Shown piece by piece: positions 36,571 to 49,411 of a stretch of 64,000 nucleotides of DNA. The notes beneath the pieces were generated by a model, which had not been told where the DNA came from, made no database searches, and saw only the letters and a list, made by a program, of their open reading frames with translations. The translations under genes and the position numbers were made by a program. Position 1 is the first letter of the stretch; each line of letters starts with the position of its first letter. The DNA lies in the NCBI RefSeq assembly GCF_011745625.1, contig NW_027191464.1, positions 310,001 to 374,000 on the forward strand, read 5' to 3'. Origin of the DNA: Cladosporium halotolerans. Its lineage: Eukaryota.

Positions 36571-39422
36571 TTTTGATGGAACGCTTTGCGACGAAGAGGT
36601 TGAGAATCTGGTGGCGCACGTGAGTGTCTTTTCAAATGGATGGTTTTCGTTCGCTAGTGTGGAGTTGACCATGGGAAGCATAAGCCAAGAGGACTGCAGC
36701 CATCTAAAGTTGCTTGCTGGTCTTTTAATGCGTTGCGATGCTTCACTTCACTTCCGGCATGGTTCACGATGAGTAACGCGCCGAGGCGGCGGGGAACGTC
36801 GTCCCGTCTCGTAAGGTTTACAGGTACGAGCCGAGAAGTCTTGTCACTCTTGCCTTGGGAGACTGCACGTGGTCACGCATGTGCTTCTGGATTCACTGTG
36901 AGACGGCAAAAGGTGCTGTTCACCTATTTTGGACGAACACAGTGGTGCTGTCAAGCAGGAGAAGTGGTGTGGTGCGGTACGGGCATGTCGAAGCGGAGCG
37001 GTCGATCAGCGGGGAAGGTTCGACAGGACTTGCACCTTGCGCAGCTGGGATTGCGCAACCTTGCTGATGGCCGATGCAGAGCTCTGCTGTTGAGACGCTG
37101 ACGACGATGAGAAGTAATCATGAGCGATACGATACAGTTGCGGAGTTCTTGCGACTTCGCGAGGCCGATGGCAAGCCTCTATGGATGTGGTGATATGTGA
37201 CTTGGGCAGCATCATGTGTAGGCTGAGAGAGAATTATTTGCTGCAGGTTGGCGGCCATTCCATGTGATTTCGACCAGCATAAGGCCTGCTCGCCAGGAGA
37301 AAGTCTCGGGCAGAAGTCCATGGTGAGCACTTTCTTCTTCAATTAAGCAGGGAGTTTCTGTATAGCGGAGATATATCCGTACAGAAGCTGACACTATTGA
37401 AAAGCGTTGTCGAGTGTGAAGAACATGACTGGCCCGAGCTACAAAGCGCGAAGATGTCGCGAGTCGTGCCCATCCAGCGCCGCGGCGCGTTCAAGAGATC
37501 ACTGCAGGGTTAAGAGCTGTGGGTCTGGAGTCTCTCGGGCCGCAGAAAGCGAGATGACAATCGCCAAATCTACGTTGTGGAAGTGTCAACAGCCGCTTCC
37601 TATGCGCTTGGTGGTGTGTGAACACGGTGGGTTTAGTGAGGAAGATGATATTTGGCCGACGGTTGCCACATTTATTTTCAGATGCGTGAATTCGCCGGCC
37701 AATAATTCGACACTACTTTGGCAAAATCTTGGCCTTTCGTCCTGTGCGCCGTCTTGTTGATATTGCCAGGCACGTGCGCTCGCTCTTCATCTAGCCTAGT
37801 TGGCTACTTTCTGCTGTAGTCTCAAGGGGCATGGAATTCTGGTGGAGCGTCCAAGGAATTTTAGGGCGGCCTCGACGCCACGCCCTCAGTGCGTCGCGAC
37901 TCGACTTGCCGTGAACAACAAGCCCAGACGGCTTGGAGCGAAGAGAAGGCCCAAGTCAATGCGAATGATGAGCCGCAGAGGCTTGAATTGCGGGCTCGCA
38001 TTCATATGCTCGCATCGGCTCATAGAACCTACTGTAAGCGCAAGACCGCCAGGAACTCCAACGTGTCTTCAACATTTTGCGTGGCCAGGACAACTGGTGA
38101 ACACAGATTTCATCACCCCGCACACCGGTATGCTGGCTGCAGATGTTTGAGTGCACAACAGACGCCGTGACGCACCTCGATCTGCGCTCTGTTGCAGAGC
38201 GTTGAGAAGCCGTCCGTGCTACAGCCATCATTTCTACTATGCCCAAGGCTTCGAGATGATTGCGGATTCTCTATAGAAGCACACGAATGGCAAGTAATAA
38301 TCGAAGTGCCCAGCGGCGCGGCTCTCCGGTAGGGGCCAGCAGCCAACCGCAAAGCTACAAACACAGTGGCGATGGTGGTTGGTGCAGCGCGACGGACGCG
38401 CGCGCGGTCTCTCGGCGCGTGGCGGTGACCGCCCGCCAATGCTCTCGGCAGGAGAAAGGCGAGAAACGGGAGCTGCGCTCCCCAGACGACTCCCTGCTGG
38501 AATTGCACTGCGGAAAACACGAGGGGCCAAGCCGCCGCAGGACAGGGTTGGACAGGCTCGACAGGACACCTGCAGCAGCCAGTGCGGGAGTGGTGGAGTC
38601 GTGCAGATGACTCGCAGCTCGAGGATCGTCCACCGCGCGCGCGCCTGCACAAGACGAGCGGCACATCGCGCACGACGAGAGCCGCGGGGGATGCTCGGTG
38701 CGCGCGCGCAACAGCGTGCAGCGGGCGGCGTGTGCCTGGCCACAGGCGCGAGAATGGGCAGGCTGGCTCGTGAGCACCGCCTCGAAATGGAACACGAGCG
38801 TTGGCATTTGCGCCTGGTCGATCTTGCATTGGCAGTCGGCCGGCTCGGCGCGAGCGCGACCGTCGTCCGGAGCGCGTCTGGGCAGTCTCCATCTCACCTT
38901 GCCCCTGACATGGTCCCCTGATCCCTGCGCACTCGTGCGGACATGTCAAACGCCTGGCACAAAGCGGACAGGACGCTCAGAAACAACAGCCAACCCTGCG
39001 ACGCCTGGCTCGAGCGCGACTGAAGCAGATCATGGGGCACCGCGTCATCCTAAGCGAGCACGCCAAACTCACGGCCGCCATGGCTGGCTGGCCCCGGAGA
39101 CTGGCAAGACTTGGCCATCCAGGCGAGGCGTGACCGTTGCGAGACTCTGGGCCGCATCGCCGCTAAGTGGGCCGGAGATTAACCCATCCAGCCCATCACA
39201 GCGCCCCAAGCCCTTCAGCGTACCGGCTCCTGCTAGCTGTCCGCGTCCCGGGATAATCATAGCCCACCTGCGGCTATCTCCTAGGCTTCCCCTCGCCGCG
39301 AAGGGACGTCCGAACAAAACGCCAACGGGTCCCGTTGTCTCCGGGGGTACCGTCACTTGATACCACACTCTCTCTTCCCGTCCTGCAGCTGTCGCTGCTA
39401 TCCGTCTGTCGTTCCAGCAAAC

Positions 39423-41284
39423 ATGTTTTCCTTATTGTTGTCGGTTTCTTTTGCGCTCCTTTCATTATTCTCTTCCGCCGTCCATGCAGTCGATGCGGAC
39501 GGCTGGCGCCATCGCTCTATTTACCAGATCTTGACCGACCGATTCGCGATCAGAGAGGGACAGGAAGTGAAGCCATGCGATCCGGGAATGGGTATCCACT
39601 GCGGTGGATCGTGGAAAGGCATTACAGAGAAGCTCGATTATATCCAAGGCATGGACTTCGACGCGATCTGGATCTCGCCGATTGTGTCGCAAATGCCCAA
39701 CTGGACCGGTGACGGCGAGGCCTACCCCGGCTACTGGCAGAACAACCTCTACGAGATCAACCCGGCCTACGGATCCGAGGAGGAGCTCGTGGAGCTGATT
39801 GACGAGGTGCACAAGCGAGGAATGCTTCTGATGCTTGACATTGTCGTCAATCACATGGTTGGACCTAAGCAACAGGACGGCGAGTTCGACTATTCGCTCA
39901 TGCGACCATTCAACGAAAAGAAATACTTCCACGATTATTGCCCCTCTGGATACAGCGATAACGACCTGGACAACCTGCAGAATTGTTGGCTGGGTAGTTT
40001 GCAGGCGCCTTTGGCGGATTTGAACACGGAGAGCCAGGAAGTTCGGGATATGCTTGGACTCTGGATCAAGAACCAAGTGTGGAAATATGGCATCGACGGC
40101 CTGCGTATCGACGCAGCGATCAACGTACCAGCCGAGTTCTTCACCTCATTTATGGAGTCGGCTGGCATCTTCGCAACTTCGGAGGTCTACACGCAGCAGG
40201 AGAAGATTTCCTGCTCGTACCAGGAGACCATTGGAAGTGTCCTCAACTACCCTCTTTACTGGCCTTTGACAAGGGCATTCCAAAGCACCGAGGGCAACTT
40301 CGGCGAGCTTGCTGGGATGGTTGAGCAAATCGCCAGCGAGTGCACCGACCCTACTGTCCTGGGCAACTTCGCAGAGGTGCGCATTTCGAACGAACACAAG
40401 TAGAGATTGATGACTGACGTTTTCCCTAGAACCACGATGTTGCCCGCTTCAGGAACCACACCGCGGACATGTCTCGCGCAGAGAACATCCTCGCCTACCT
40501 TCTCACACATGACGGCATTCCTGTTGTCCTTTATGGCCAGGAGCAGCACCTTGGTGGTGATGTCGAGCCGTACTACAACCGTCAGGCGCTCTGGGAGTCG
40601 GAATACGATGAGAACGCCAACCTTTACACGCTTGCGAGCAAGCTGAACCGATTCCGCCGCCACCTCGGCCGTTCCTACGAAGGTCACCTCAAGACGCTCA
40701 GCACCGCGATCAAGACTGAAACCAACGCTATTGCCTGGGCTAAGGGCGCTGACGGCGATCCCAAGCAAATTACGGTCTTCTCCAACAAAGGATCCGACGC
40801 GGATGACTTCCAGGTCGAACTCTGCGACAACCACGGCTACTCCGCCGGTGACGAGATTTACGACGTCGTCGCGTGCAAGTCCGTCTCGGTCGAGTCGAAC
40901 GGCTGCATCAACGCGTGGGTGACCGACGGCCACCCAGTCGTGCTGTTCAAGAAGTCCGAACTCACTGGATCCACCCTTTGCGATATCCCAGGCGAGGACA
41001 AGGTTGCCCTGACCTCCATGGCGGTCATCTCCACAACCTGGACCTCCGATGTGAGCGGCAAGCCTAGTGTATTCCACTCCGCCACAACGATGCCGTGGGC
41101 CGACGCCCCGTCATCGATTACCGCTACTTCCACCCCGGGTGCCACTGGCACATCCGAGCCTGCATCGACAGGCGGAGTAAGTTCCACCCGCCCCGAATCA
41201 ATCAGCTTATTATCACTGGCTACAATCCCGGCCTTGATCCTCTCCGTCAGTCTAGCCATCAGCTTAGAGCGGTTTCTTCGATGA
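39423..41284 (+). CDS. GH13_1 alpha-amylase-like protein with probable GPI anchor (AgtA/Aah-type), 2 exons
   Basis: Signal peptide, WRHRSIYQILTDRFA, DIVVNH, GLRIDAAINV, TSEVY, FAE|NHD (intron ~40377-40429), S/T-rich region and hydrophobic C-terminal tail. Confidence 0.88.
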
Positions 41285-43140
41285 GGACCTGGCCGCGGGC
41301 ACTTGTCTTTCGAGCGCGCATTGTTTATTGCTCTGTACAAGAAAAAAAGCATAATAGAGCCTGTGATGATATACGAGAACACGATACCCAAACTACTAAA
41401 CACCTGCATCTGCACCCTGTCCTCACCTCGCCCGCGTGCCAAGTTAGCGGAAGCTAACGTTTAATTCTTAATCTGTAGAAGAAGCTGCGCAAGCGCCACG
41501 CCCACCATCACCACCACAACCACGGTTCGCACGGGTTGTAGTACGGCCGCACCCGCAACCGCATCCCGCGAGCCTATACATGGCAACCCACCACTCCGCG
41601 AACGTGGAGTCGAGAGGCCCGCCCACGGCAGGGACCCAACCGCCACCACACCAAGCATTCGAGCGAATTCCGGCCAACCAGGGCCGGCGCACGATTCTTT
41701 ACAGCATTTCACAGCACAGCATCTGCGTGACTCGACACACATACCCGTTTTTCCTTTCTGATCAAGCATTTGCATGGCATCCGTCCGGGGGTCTTTTTGT
41801 TTGCCGCGCGGCGCTCAATTCGGGCGCCCGCGCGCGCCGTTTTCGTTGTTTCTTACCTTATTGCCGGATGTGGCGTCAAGCCACTGTACGACTATTGGCA
41901 GCTTTCGTTCCGGTTCCTTTCGATTCTCACGCGACCTTGCGTTCTAGCAACAGCGTTCTTTTCATTTCTTTCCCTACTTCGTTCACGCGAACCGCCACGG
42001 CGTGCTCGTATTTTTCTTGGTTTCGGGGAGAGGGCAGAGACATTGGCATCATCTCGCTTGGGCGAGTCTCGGGGCTGGGCAAACAGAGCGAGGCTGTGTA
42101 CATACCAAGCCTCCGAATCAAACGGGTCCGTCTTGGCTTCGGGCTCGGGATCTCCAACGCATGGCAACGCATGCGCGCACTTTCGCTTGCGGGCGGGGCT
42201 CCGGGGCGTGCATACTCTCATCAACAAACACCGTGACTTTGTCTGTCTAGACGATCGTGCCTTTCAGTCGAGCTCTCCATGACATCAACTCCCATCCCTC
42301 GCGCGCTCAACGTAGAACCTGAACCGCGACTCGCCCCGCCAAGCCCGGCCTCGGCCGCCGGTGTACCGCGGTTGGATGTCTTTGCGGGCGAGAGAGAAAG
42401 AGAGGGAAGGTTTGGGCTTAATTTAGCTTTATTACTCTTTTTTCACGACTCCGGAGTGCCCGTGTTCCCCATGGTTCGCCGGCTGTCAAGCACCCCGCGG
42501 GAAGCGTTTGGGCCGCTAACTCGGGCTGGTGGTGGCGACGGGAATTCGATGGGGTGTTCGTGGCTCCGACTCCCCGTTGGCGGCCTGTTGATGGGGAGGA
42601 AGGTGGATTCGGAATTTCGGTGAGAGGAAGGCGTCTTTTTGATCTTCGATGCTTGCTACGGGTGAGTGAGACTAGTGCGCATGATGGACGGCTTGGGTTA
42701 TGCATGTCTCAGTGGGAGCGGCTTGAGGCTCGACGCGTGCTGGAGGCTTCATTGATGACTTGGCGGAGTGGAAGGTTCGAAGCTCCCCAAGAGGGGAGGT
42801 TGAGCTGTGGTGCCTGAGGACCGCGTTGCGTCGACTTCACCTTATCGGTCTTCAGGTCTCTAAGATTGCTTTGGCGGTCTTTTCGAACCCTTTTGGCAAT
42901 CGGCTGGCGTCGCTACTAAGGCGAAGCTGAGGATAATCCATTGCCTCATTAATGCCTTGCGAGACCATCTCTATTGGGGTGAAACACGCTGGAGTCCCGT
43001 CTCTGAGGATGCGATCATGGACGAAGACCGACCATGCTTCTTCTCGTTCGGTCAGCCTGGGCTCGTGCAGAATCAATGAAGAACTATGGAAGGACTAACA
43101 CTATCGTGGGTCAAAGTCGTTACATACTTGCAGCATGCCG

Positions 43141-44521
43141 TCAAGTCGCGATCTCGACAGTCTGGGGAGTGAAATTGCTGATGAACACAACCAGCACAGC
43201 GCAGTACGCTGCCGAGGCTGCGAACAGCTCTTGCCTTGTTGCCCTGGTCAAGCTCGACATAGCCATGCCGAATATAAGCGTGAAGACGACGAGGATACCT
43301 ATGGCCTCGAAGGGAGTCGCCTTACTTGCATCTGACATCTCGTACAAGGCCACCACCGGAAGCACCAACAGGACAAAAATTATAGCTGTGATGATGATGT
43401 TCACAAGCTTGTCCACTCGCACCGGGTCATAATAACGCACGAAATCTTCGGATGTCTTGTCCTCGAGCTCTTTGGTCACGAAGACGTACTGGGTTTCAAA
43501 TTAGTTCCATGGTGTTCAGAAACATAAGAGAGAAACCCACCTGAATGATGTTTTTCTCCCAACCACACCGATGAAAGAACCTATTGGTTCGGCCGAGCAT
43601 GCGCTCGACGAGATTGTCGAAAGCAGCGCCCTCTCGACCTTTTCGCAGAGTTACGATGTCTTCTTTTCGCTTGGCAAACTCTTGTTCCTGCGCGACTAAC
43701 GGAGCTTTGCTGTACATCCAATTCGAAAGGCTTCGCCAATCGCTGTCGGCAGGTCGCTGAAGGGCGCTCATTTCGCGTGCTTTCAACAGCATCTCATCTG
43801 TGCCTAGTAAGAGAAGCTCATTCCAAGGCAACACGAACCTGGTACGGCTTACCATACTCGAGTAGCTTCCGCTTCAGATCCGCCAGCACCTGCAGCCTGT
43901 TTCTTTGCCCATCACAATCTGCCGGAAGTTCTTCATTGCGGATCTCGGAATCGTCAAGAGCCTTGGACTTCAGTCTCTCCCCGTTCCCGTCTTCTAGATC
44001 CCATTTATCTAGGGTCTCGAGTTCTCGCTCAAGAACCTCCAGGTCGTACTGGAGCGCGAGTATCACACGGGCGTGCAAATACCCGAAGCCACGATACTGC
44101 ATAAAGTTTCGATCGGAGGATAAAAAGGTGGCTAGCCTCGGATATCCTTGAGGAGCATCCTCCACTTCGAACCAACACTGAATCAGCATATGCTCCGATT
44201 ACTCAATTAGTCGTTAGAGCGTCGCTCTGCTACAAACTCACACTTTCGGGTGATTGTCTGGTATCGCTTTTCGGACTCTTGAGGAGCGCATTTCTCATTC
44301 AAAGAGTGGGCCTGGGATCCCGCCTTGCCGTTTTTCAAAAGCTGTCGATACCATGGCAATCGCACTTTTCGATCTATGGTCAGAAATTGGTCTTTCAGCT
44401 TTGGTCAAATGGTTACCGTGCCCGGGGTACCTTCATTGGATTGTGATTCGAGCTTGCCCAGCGTACTATCGTCGCTTCTTAAGGTTGTTGGCGATTGCGC
44501 ATTATCTTGGAATTGGTCCAT
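43141..44521 (-). CDS. DUF6594-like protein with C-terminal transmembrane helices, ~379 aa, 5 exons (44521-44431, 44373-44242, 44164-43853, 43797-43541, 43488-43141)
   Basis: EDAPQGYPRLATFLSSDRNFMQYRGFGYLHARVILALQYDLEVLERELETLD; coiled segment; C-terminal TRATRQELFAASAAYCAVLVVFI. Four GT-AG introns give one uninterrupted 1140-nt frame. Confidence 0.8.
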
Positions 44522-45710
44522 CTCGCCGAAGATGACAACATACACAAGGATATCTGGGAAGGTCAATCCTCACTATCGTCGAATGCAAAGAGTCGACAGA
44601 GGCATGGGAAACGGCCCCCAATTGTACTTTACCTTCCTTCAGCCTTGCAAACCATCCGAAACGAGGTGACTGCGCCCGAGGCTGAGGCTTTCACCGGGAA
44701 TCGTGCTGCATCTCTCATAGGCTGACGCTATCATGCAACTATCTGCTGAGCTCGCTTGCTAAGAACCACTTACGGTCTCCATCCGCATACACGGCGCCAT
44801 CGTCTCGTTCCAACTGATACTCCCATTTTGCAAGCCCAAAATTGAACTCCATCTGAACTATCTTGAAGTTTTTCCTGACCCTTCGAGAGCCCGACTTCAC
44901 ACTAATCCCCACGGTATTTCCCAGCTTGAACTCGCTATCAGGCTACACAAGAAGCTCAGTCTCGCCCGGCAATGTCGCGTCACCCGTGTGGCTCACCCTT
45001 GTGTAGTTGCCCCTCCCCGCTTGGGCCTTGAAACCACTACCCTCCTCGGCTTCCTCACGAGAAGGCTGTGACCGTCAACGATTCGTCTCTGCGGCGCCCT
45101 GGTAAGACTTACTGGCGTCAAAGACATGCCGCAGATACGAGGGAGCCAGTTTGCTGGAACACTAGTGTACACAGACCAATTGTTTGTGTTGCTTCGATCG
45201 CGCAGTCGTTGGAAGTGCGCGGCTAGCGGTGCTCCTGAGGCAGAGCGGACGGGGCTGTGTTGGTTTTAAGGCCAGAAAGGCGTACTCAAAAGCCCACGGC
45301 TGAGCATCGCCTGACCAGGCTTATGCATATCTTAATATATGGCGCTGGCACCATCGACCCGGCTTGCGCCATAAGGACTCCCGTCCCGTGAAGCTGAAGC
45401 TGCAGTGAGATTGATTGGCGCTGCAAGCGACGTTTTCGGCTTCGCAGCCTCGTGTGCCGCATATGCAGGCAACCTGCTGGTGTTAGTGCGACTGATCAAG
45501 ATAAAGCATGTGACGGGGCGTAAACATGTTGTGGGGGCGAAGCAGCTTGCATTAGGCGAAGCAATGCGTTCCCTGGTCTGATCATGCCTTATCTTAAACA
45601 AGGCCGCCCATTGTCTGTGTGCTGGCAATGGAAAACTACGTTCTGGCAACCCGAAACCAGCTATTCCGACCATCAGTATTGGCACTCGTGATAAGAGAAC
45701 CGTCTACATC

Positions 45711-47072
45711 ATGGAGGCCTCGCACGTAAAACAACTCATCACCAAGGCGGGCCGCAGTGTGCAAACCCAAGATCAGAACCTGCATGAACGGAATGATGCC
45801 ATGCGCCATCATTGGGAGAAAGCAGTCTGTCAAGAGCTGGGCGTTCCCGACCGCTACTCAAAAGTAGCTGCATTGATGATCCGTTGGGACAATGAATTTG
45901 ACAAAGATCTGAGATGCGAGACAGAGGTGAGCGATCGAAGCCATTAGTTGAATGCCTATATCGGCTGACCGCCGCAATCCCAGACAAATAAACTCGAGAG
46001 CGTGTTCCGTGAGAATTACGGCTTCGAGACGGAGACTGTTCTGCTCAAGTGTCACCAGAAGAAGCCTGAGACGCAGCTGCTCCGAGATGTCACAGCATTT
46101 GCCTATGAGCACGATGGCCACCACCGTACGACCTTGCTCATAGTATATTACAGTGGACACGGTTATCTTGATTCAGTCAACGGGCAACAAGAACTTCACA
46201 TATCGGGGTACGCATCGGAAAGTCCTCGTGGAGCTATCATGTCTGACGCGTTTGCTAGCAATGAAGATCCGGCCACCGAAGATGGCGAAACCACACATGT
46301 TCCAATCGCATGTTGGAAAAGCATAGACGATCACCTCCACAGTCTCGACGCGGACGTCCTCGTGATCATGGACTGCTGCTTTGCGAGCAAGTTGCACAAA
46401 AGTGACGGCCAGCACTCGCGAACCTTCGAAGTCCTTGCGGCCACCGACAACATCACGCCCAGCCCAGGTCCTTTGTCATATACAAATGCATTGATCGATA
46501 TACTAAATAGCGAGTTCAAGCTCTACCAATCCAGAAGAGAGCATTCGTTCGATACCATTCACCTCCAAGATCGGCTCTGCAAACGACTCAAAACCTATTC
46601 ACCTTCCTTGATCAACCGCCTTCAAAGTAGAATTGCTCGACACATCCGATTGGCGCCGCTGGAGCCTCCATCAACCTCGGAAAAGCCCCACAAGCGAGTC
46701 GATCGATCGATTGCCACCCTTCGGATTGAAATCGACTTCGGAAGAAACAAGAGCCTGAGCCAGAAGGAAGCCACTGATCTAGGCAAAGCCCTTGCCGCCG
46801 GTGCCAAAAATGCAAAGCTCAATATCACAGGGCTCAACTGGATTGAGTTTGTGCCGAGGATCCCCACGGTGCACAAGTCGTGCAGTGTGACGATCGGCGC
46901 CGCAGTGCTTGTGCAAATGCAAAGGGCGATGCGCAGGAGAGCACAGCGGTTATCGCGGAGGAAGCGATCGCACAACGAGGCAAGCAACCGAGACTCTCGC
47001 AAGCGTCAGCGCACGACATCATCGGATCAGGTGGACACGCCTCCACCCTCGAGTCCCGACAACAATCCCTGA
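45711..47072 (+). CDS. Caspase-like (clan CD, peptidase C14-related) His-Cys protein, ~434 aa, 2 exons
   Basis: KVAALMIRW, LESVFRENYGFET, LLIVYYSGHG (His 46158), DVLVIMDCCFAS (Cys 46374), FEVLAAT, SYTNALI. Intron 45927-45983 (GTGAGC..GCTGAC..CAG) keeps the frame. Confidence 0.78.
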
Positions 47073-47196
47073 AAACCACGTTGGTCAATCACCCCGTCCG
47101 AGGGTGTAAGAGAAATTTCGTGCGATTTTATACAAGGCGGATAGACGTACATAGAGGAATAGGTGACCAAGATTCGCTGCTTTGCCTCAAAGGCAT

Positions 47197-49051
47197 TTAC
47201 CACAGGAACCTCTGCACTCTCCCTGGTTCTTGCTCCCACTCAAACCCTCTGTTCAAGAAACCCCACATGGTGACGGCGTTCACGCCGAGGAACCACGCTG
47301 TCTCAAGCCAGAGTCTCTTGTCGTGCTGATCCCACAGCTTCATCTTCCAGCTCGTGGCGAGACGAGTGTTCCCTTGCAGCTGGGTGGGATGCGAGAGTGG
47401 CAGGTGCAGACGGAAGAATATCCAGGGCAAGATGAAATACCTTGGCTCAACGAGCGGCGCTGTGACGAGCGTGAGAGTGGTCGTCATGAGCCAGATGAAG
47501 AGGAAGGAAGTGTTGGCGGACTGCGTCGTGTCTGGGAGAGGAAGCAGGCGACGCGGGGCGCCTCTGGACGCGGTTTTGGCATCCATTTCGCGCGGCGGCG
47601 TGGGATTAGTGGGACCGGAAGGCTTTGTCCGAGACTGAGGCGCCGAGCCAAGTGCTTGAATCGAAAGCCAGGCACAAGCGATGTAAGCTGGCGCCGCAGC
47701 GTAGCGAATCCACCAGTTTGCCCGCATTATGCGGAATACGTAAAAGACATAGTGGCGGTTGTCTGCAAGCGTGAATGGGTGGACGATGGTGTTAAAGCGG
47801 ACGGCAATGAGCGCGAAGAGGACGAAGAAGCACAGAACCAGGACGCGTGGAAGCAAATTCCGTCGCCTGAAGAGGAGAAAGTGCTCCAGGTGAGATATAA
47901 TGGGAAGCCGAGCAATGAGTGTCAAGGGAACACGGATGAGGTGCTGATAGGCGAAGGGCCAGCTGAAGAAGACCAGGAAAGGCCAGAGATACAAGATTTG
48001 TGGAGTGTGGATGGCGGGAACATGATTTGACTTGTCGCCCAATACCACACTTCCATTGATGACCACGAAGGCGATGAAAGCAATCAGGAGTCCGATGAAT
48101 GGTTTCAGAATGCCCATGATGCTCAAAAGTCGTTTTGGCTGTGTGATCACTTTGACAGTGCAAGCAGCAATAGAAATGGCAGCCTTGAAGTAATCTGGAT
48201 ACTGTCGTTAGTGGATAGTTGCATTTCAAACCCTCGGACTTAACCCACCTTCCATTGATGCATCCCGGACAGGCGGATCATATAGGATATCCATCTTCCA
48301 AGAAGTCTTTGCGACATTGGTGAGAGTGTCACCAAACCCTTTGCTTCGATTATACATCGAGTCTTTGATCAATTCGTGACCTTGGTCAAGCTCTCTGAGA
48401 AATACCGCAGCAGCCGGGAATATGGCGACCCAGAAAATGTTTGTTTGACGGAATAGCAGGCTCACTAGACCTAGCGTGAATAAGCGTAGGTGCCACCAAA
48501 TCTGCTTCACTGCACTTTCGTCCGAGCAGATTAAAGAGTAGAAGCACAGCATGACCGACAATGTTGATGCCACGTCCGTATAGTAGAGCCCAGAAAAGAA
48601 GAACAACGGAGGTAGCAAGGCAACATTGAGAGCGCAATGTGAGGACAGCCAGCTGCCGTTCTGTTCGTCTTGACGATTGCCCATGCGATGGGTGAAGATT
48701 CTCTCCAGCAACCATGTTAAAGCAATGATGCAGACCAGATTCGTTGCCCGGATGCCCGCGACATCGCAACCGAAGATAGGTTTGAGGAAATAAGTCACCA
48801 TGTACAAGCCGGGAGGCGTCGTAATCTTTGGGTCCCAAGCTGCGAAATCATTGTTGCAATATTTCTGCGCTTGTGGAATATGGAAGACTTCGTCCTGCGG
48901 AAAGGAGAAGATGAGAATAGGCTCCTACCTGAAAGGTGTATGGGTAGGGACATACAAGATATGGCTCTGGCACCGTTTCCTGAACTGAGCGTGTCCACCA
49001 AGACAGCGGGAGGCCGAGCAGGATGTAGCTTCTTGAGATGAAGCTGGCCAT
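47197..49051 (-). CDS. ALG10: Dol-P-Glc alpha-1,2-glucosyltransferase Alg10/Die2, 3 exons
   Basis: VPEPYL|DEVFHIPQAQKYC, WDPKITTPPGLY, FFFSGLYYTDVAST, FRQTNIFW, NGSVVLGDKSNH, HPFTLADNRHYVFY, LVEPRYFILPW, QRFLW*. Confidence 0.95.
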
Positions 49052-49411
49052 GACGAGGCTACGTTGCCTCAAGGCAAAAACGTTATGCGTAAGCGAGTGA
49101 TGTCCAAGACAGACTGCGAGCAAAAATCGCGGACATGTGCAGTGAGCAAAAAGGGTCAGAACGCCTGTTCAGCGGCGTAATGAATGAAGTCTGATGTCAC
49201 TTGTACGGCGAGAGAAGTGGATGGCGCGAAACGTCCATTGCTGCAATTTGATTGGTTTCCGCCAAATCTTCCACGCGCAGCGGGGCAGACGCGTCGTGGG
49301 AGGTGGATTCCCGTGTCCATTCACTTACATTTACCAGTACACACACGGCGGTTCTGCTCTAAATACGATCACCTGCGCCGGCTCGCAGGTGATGCTCGAT
49401 ACACATTAATC

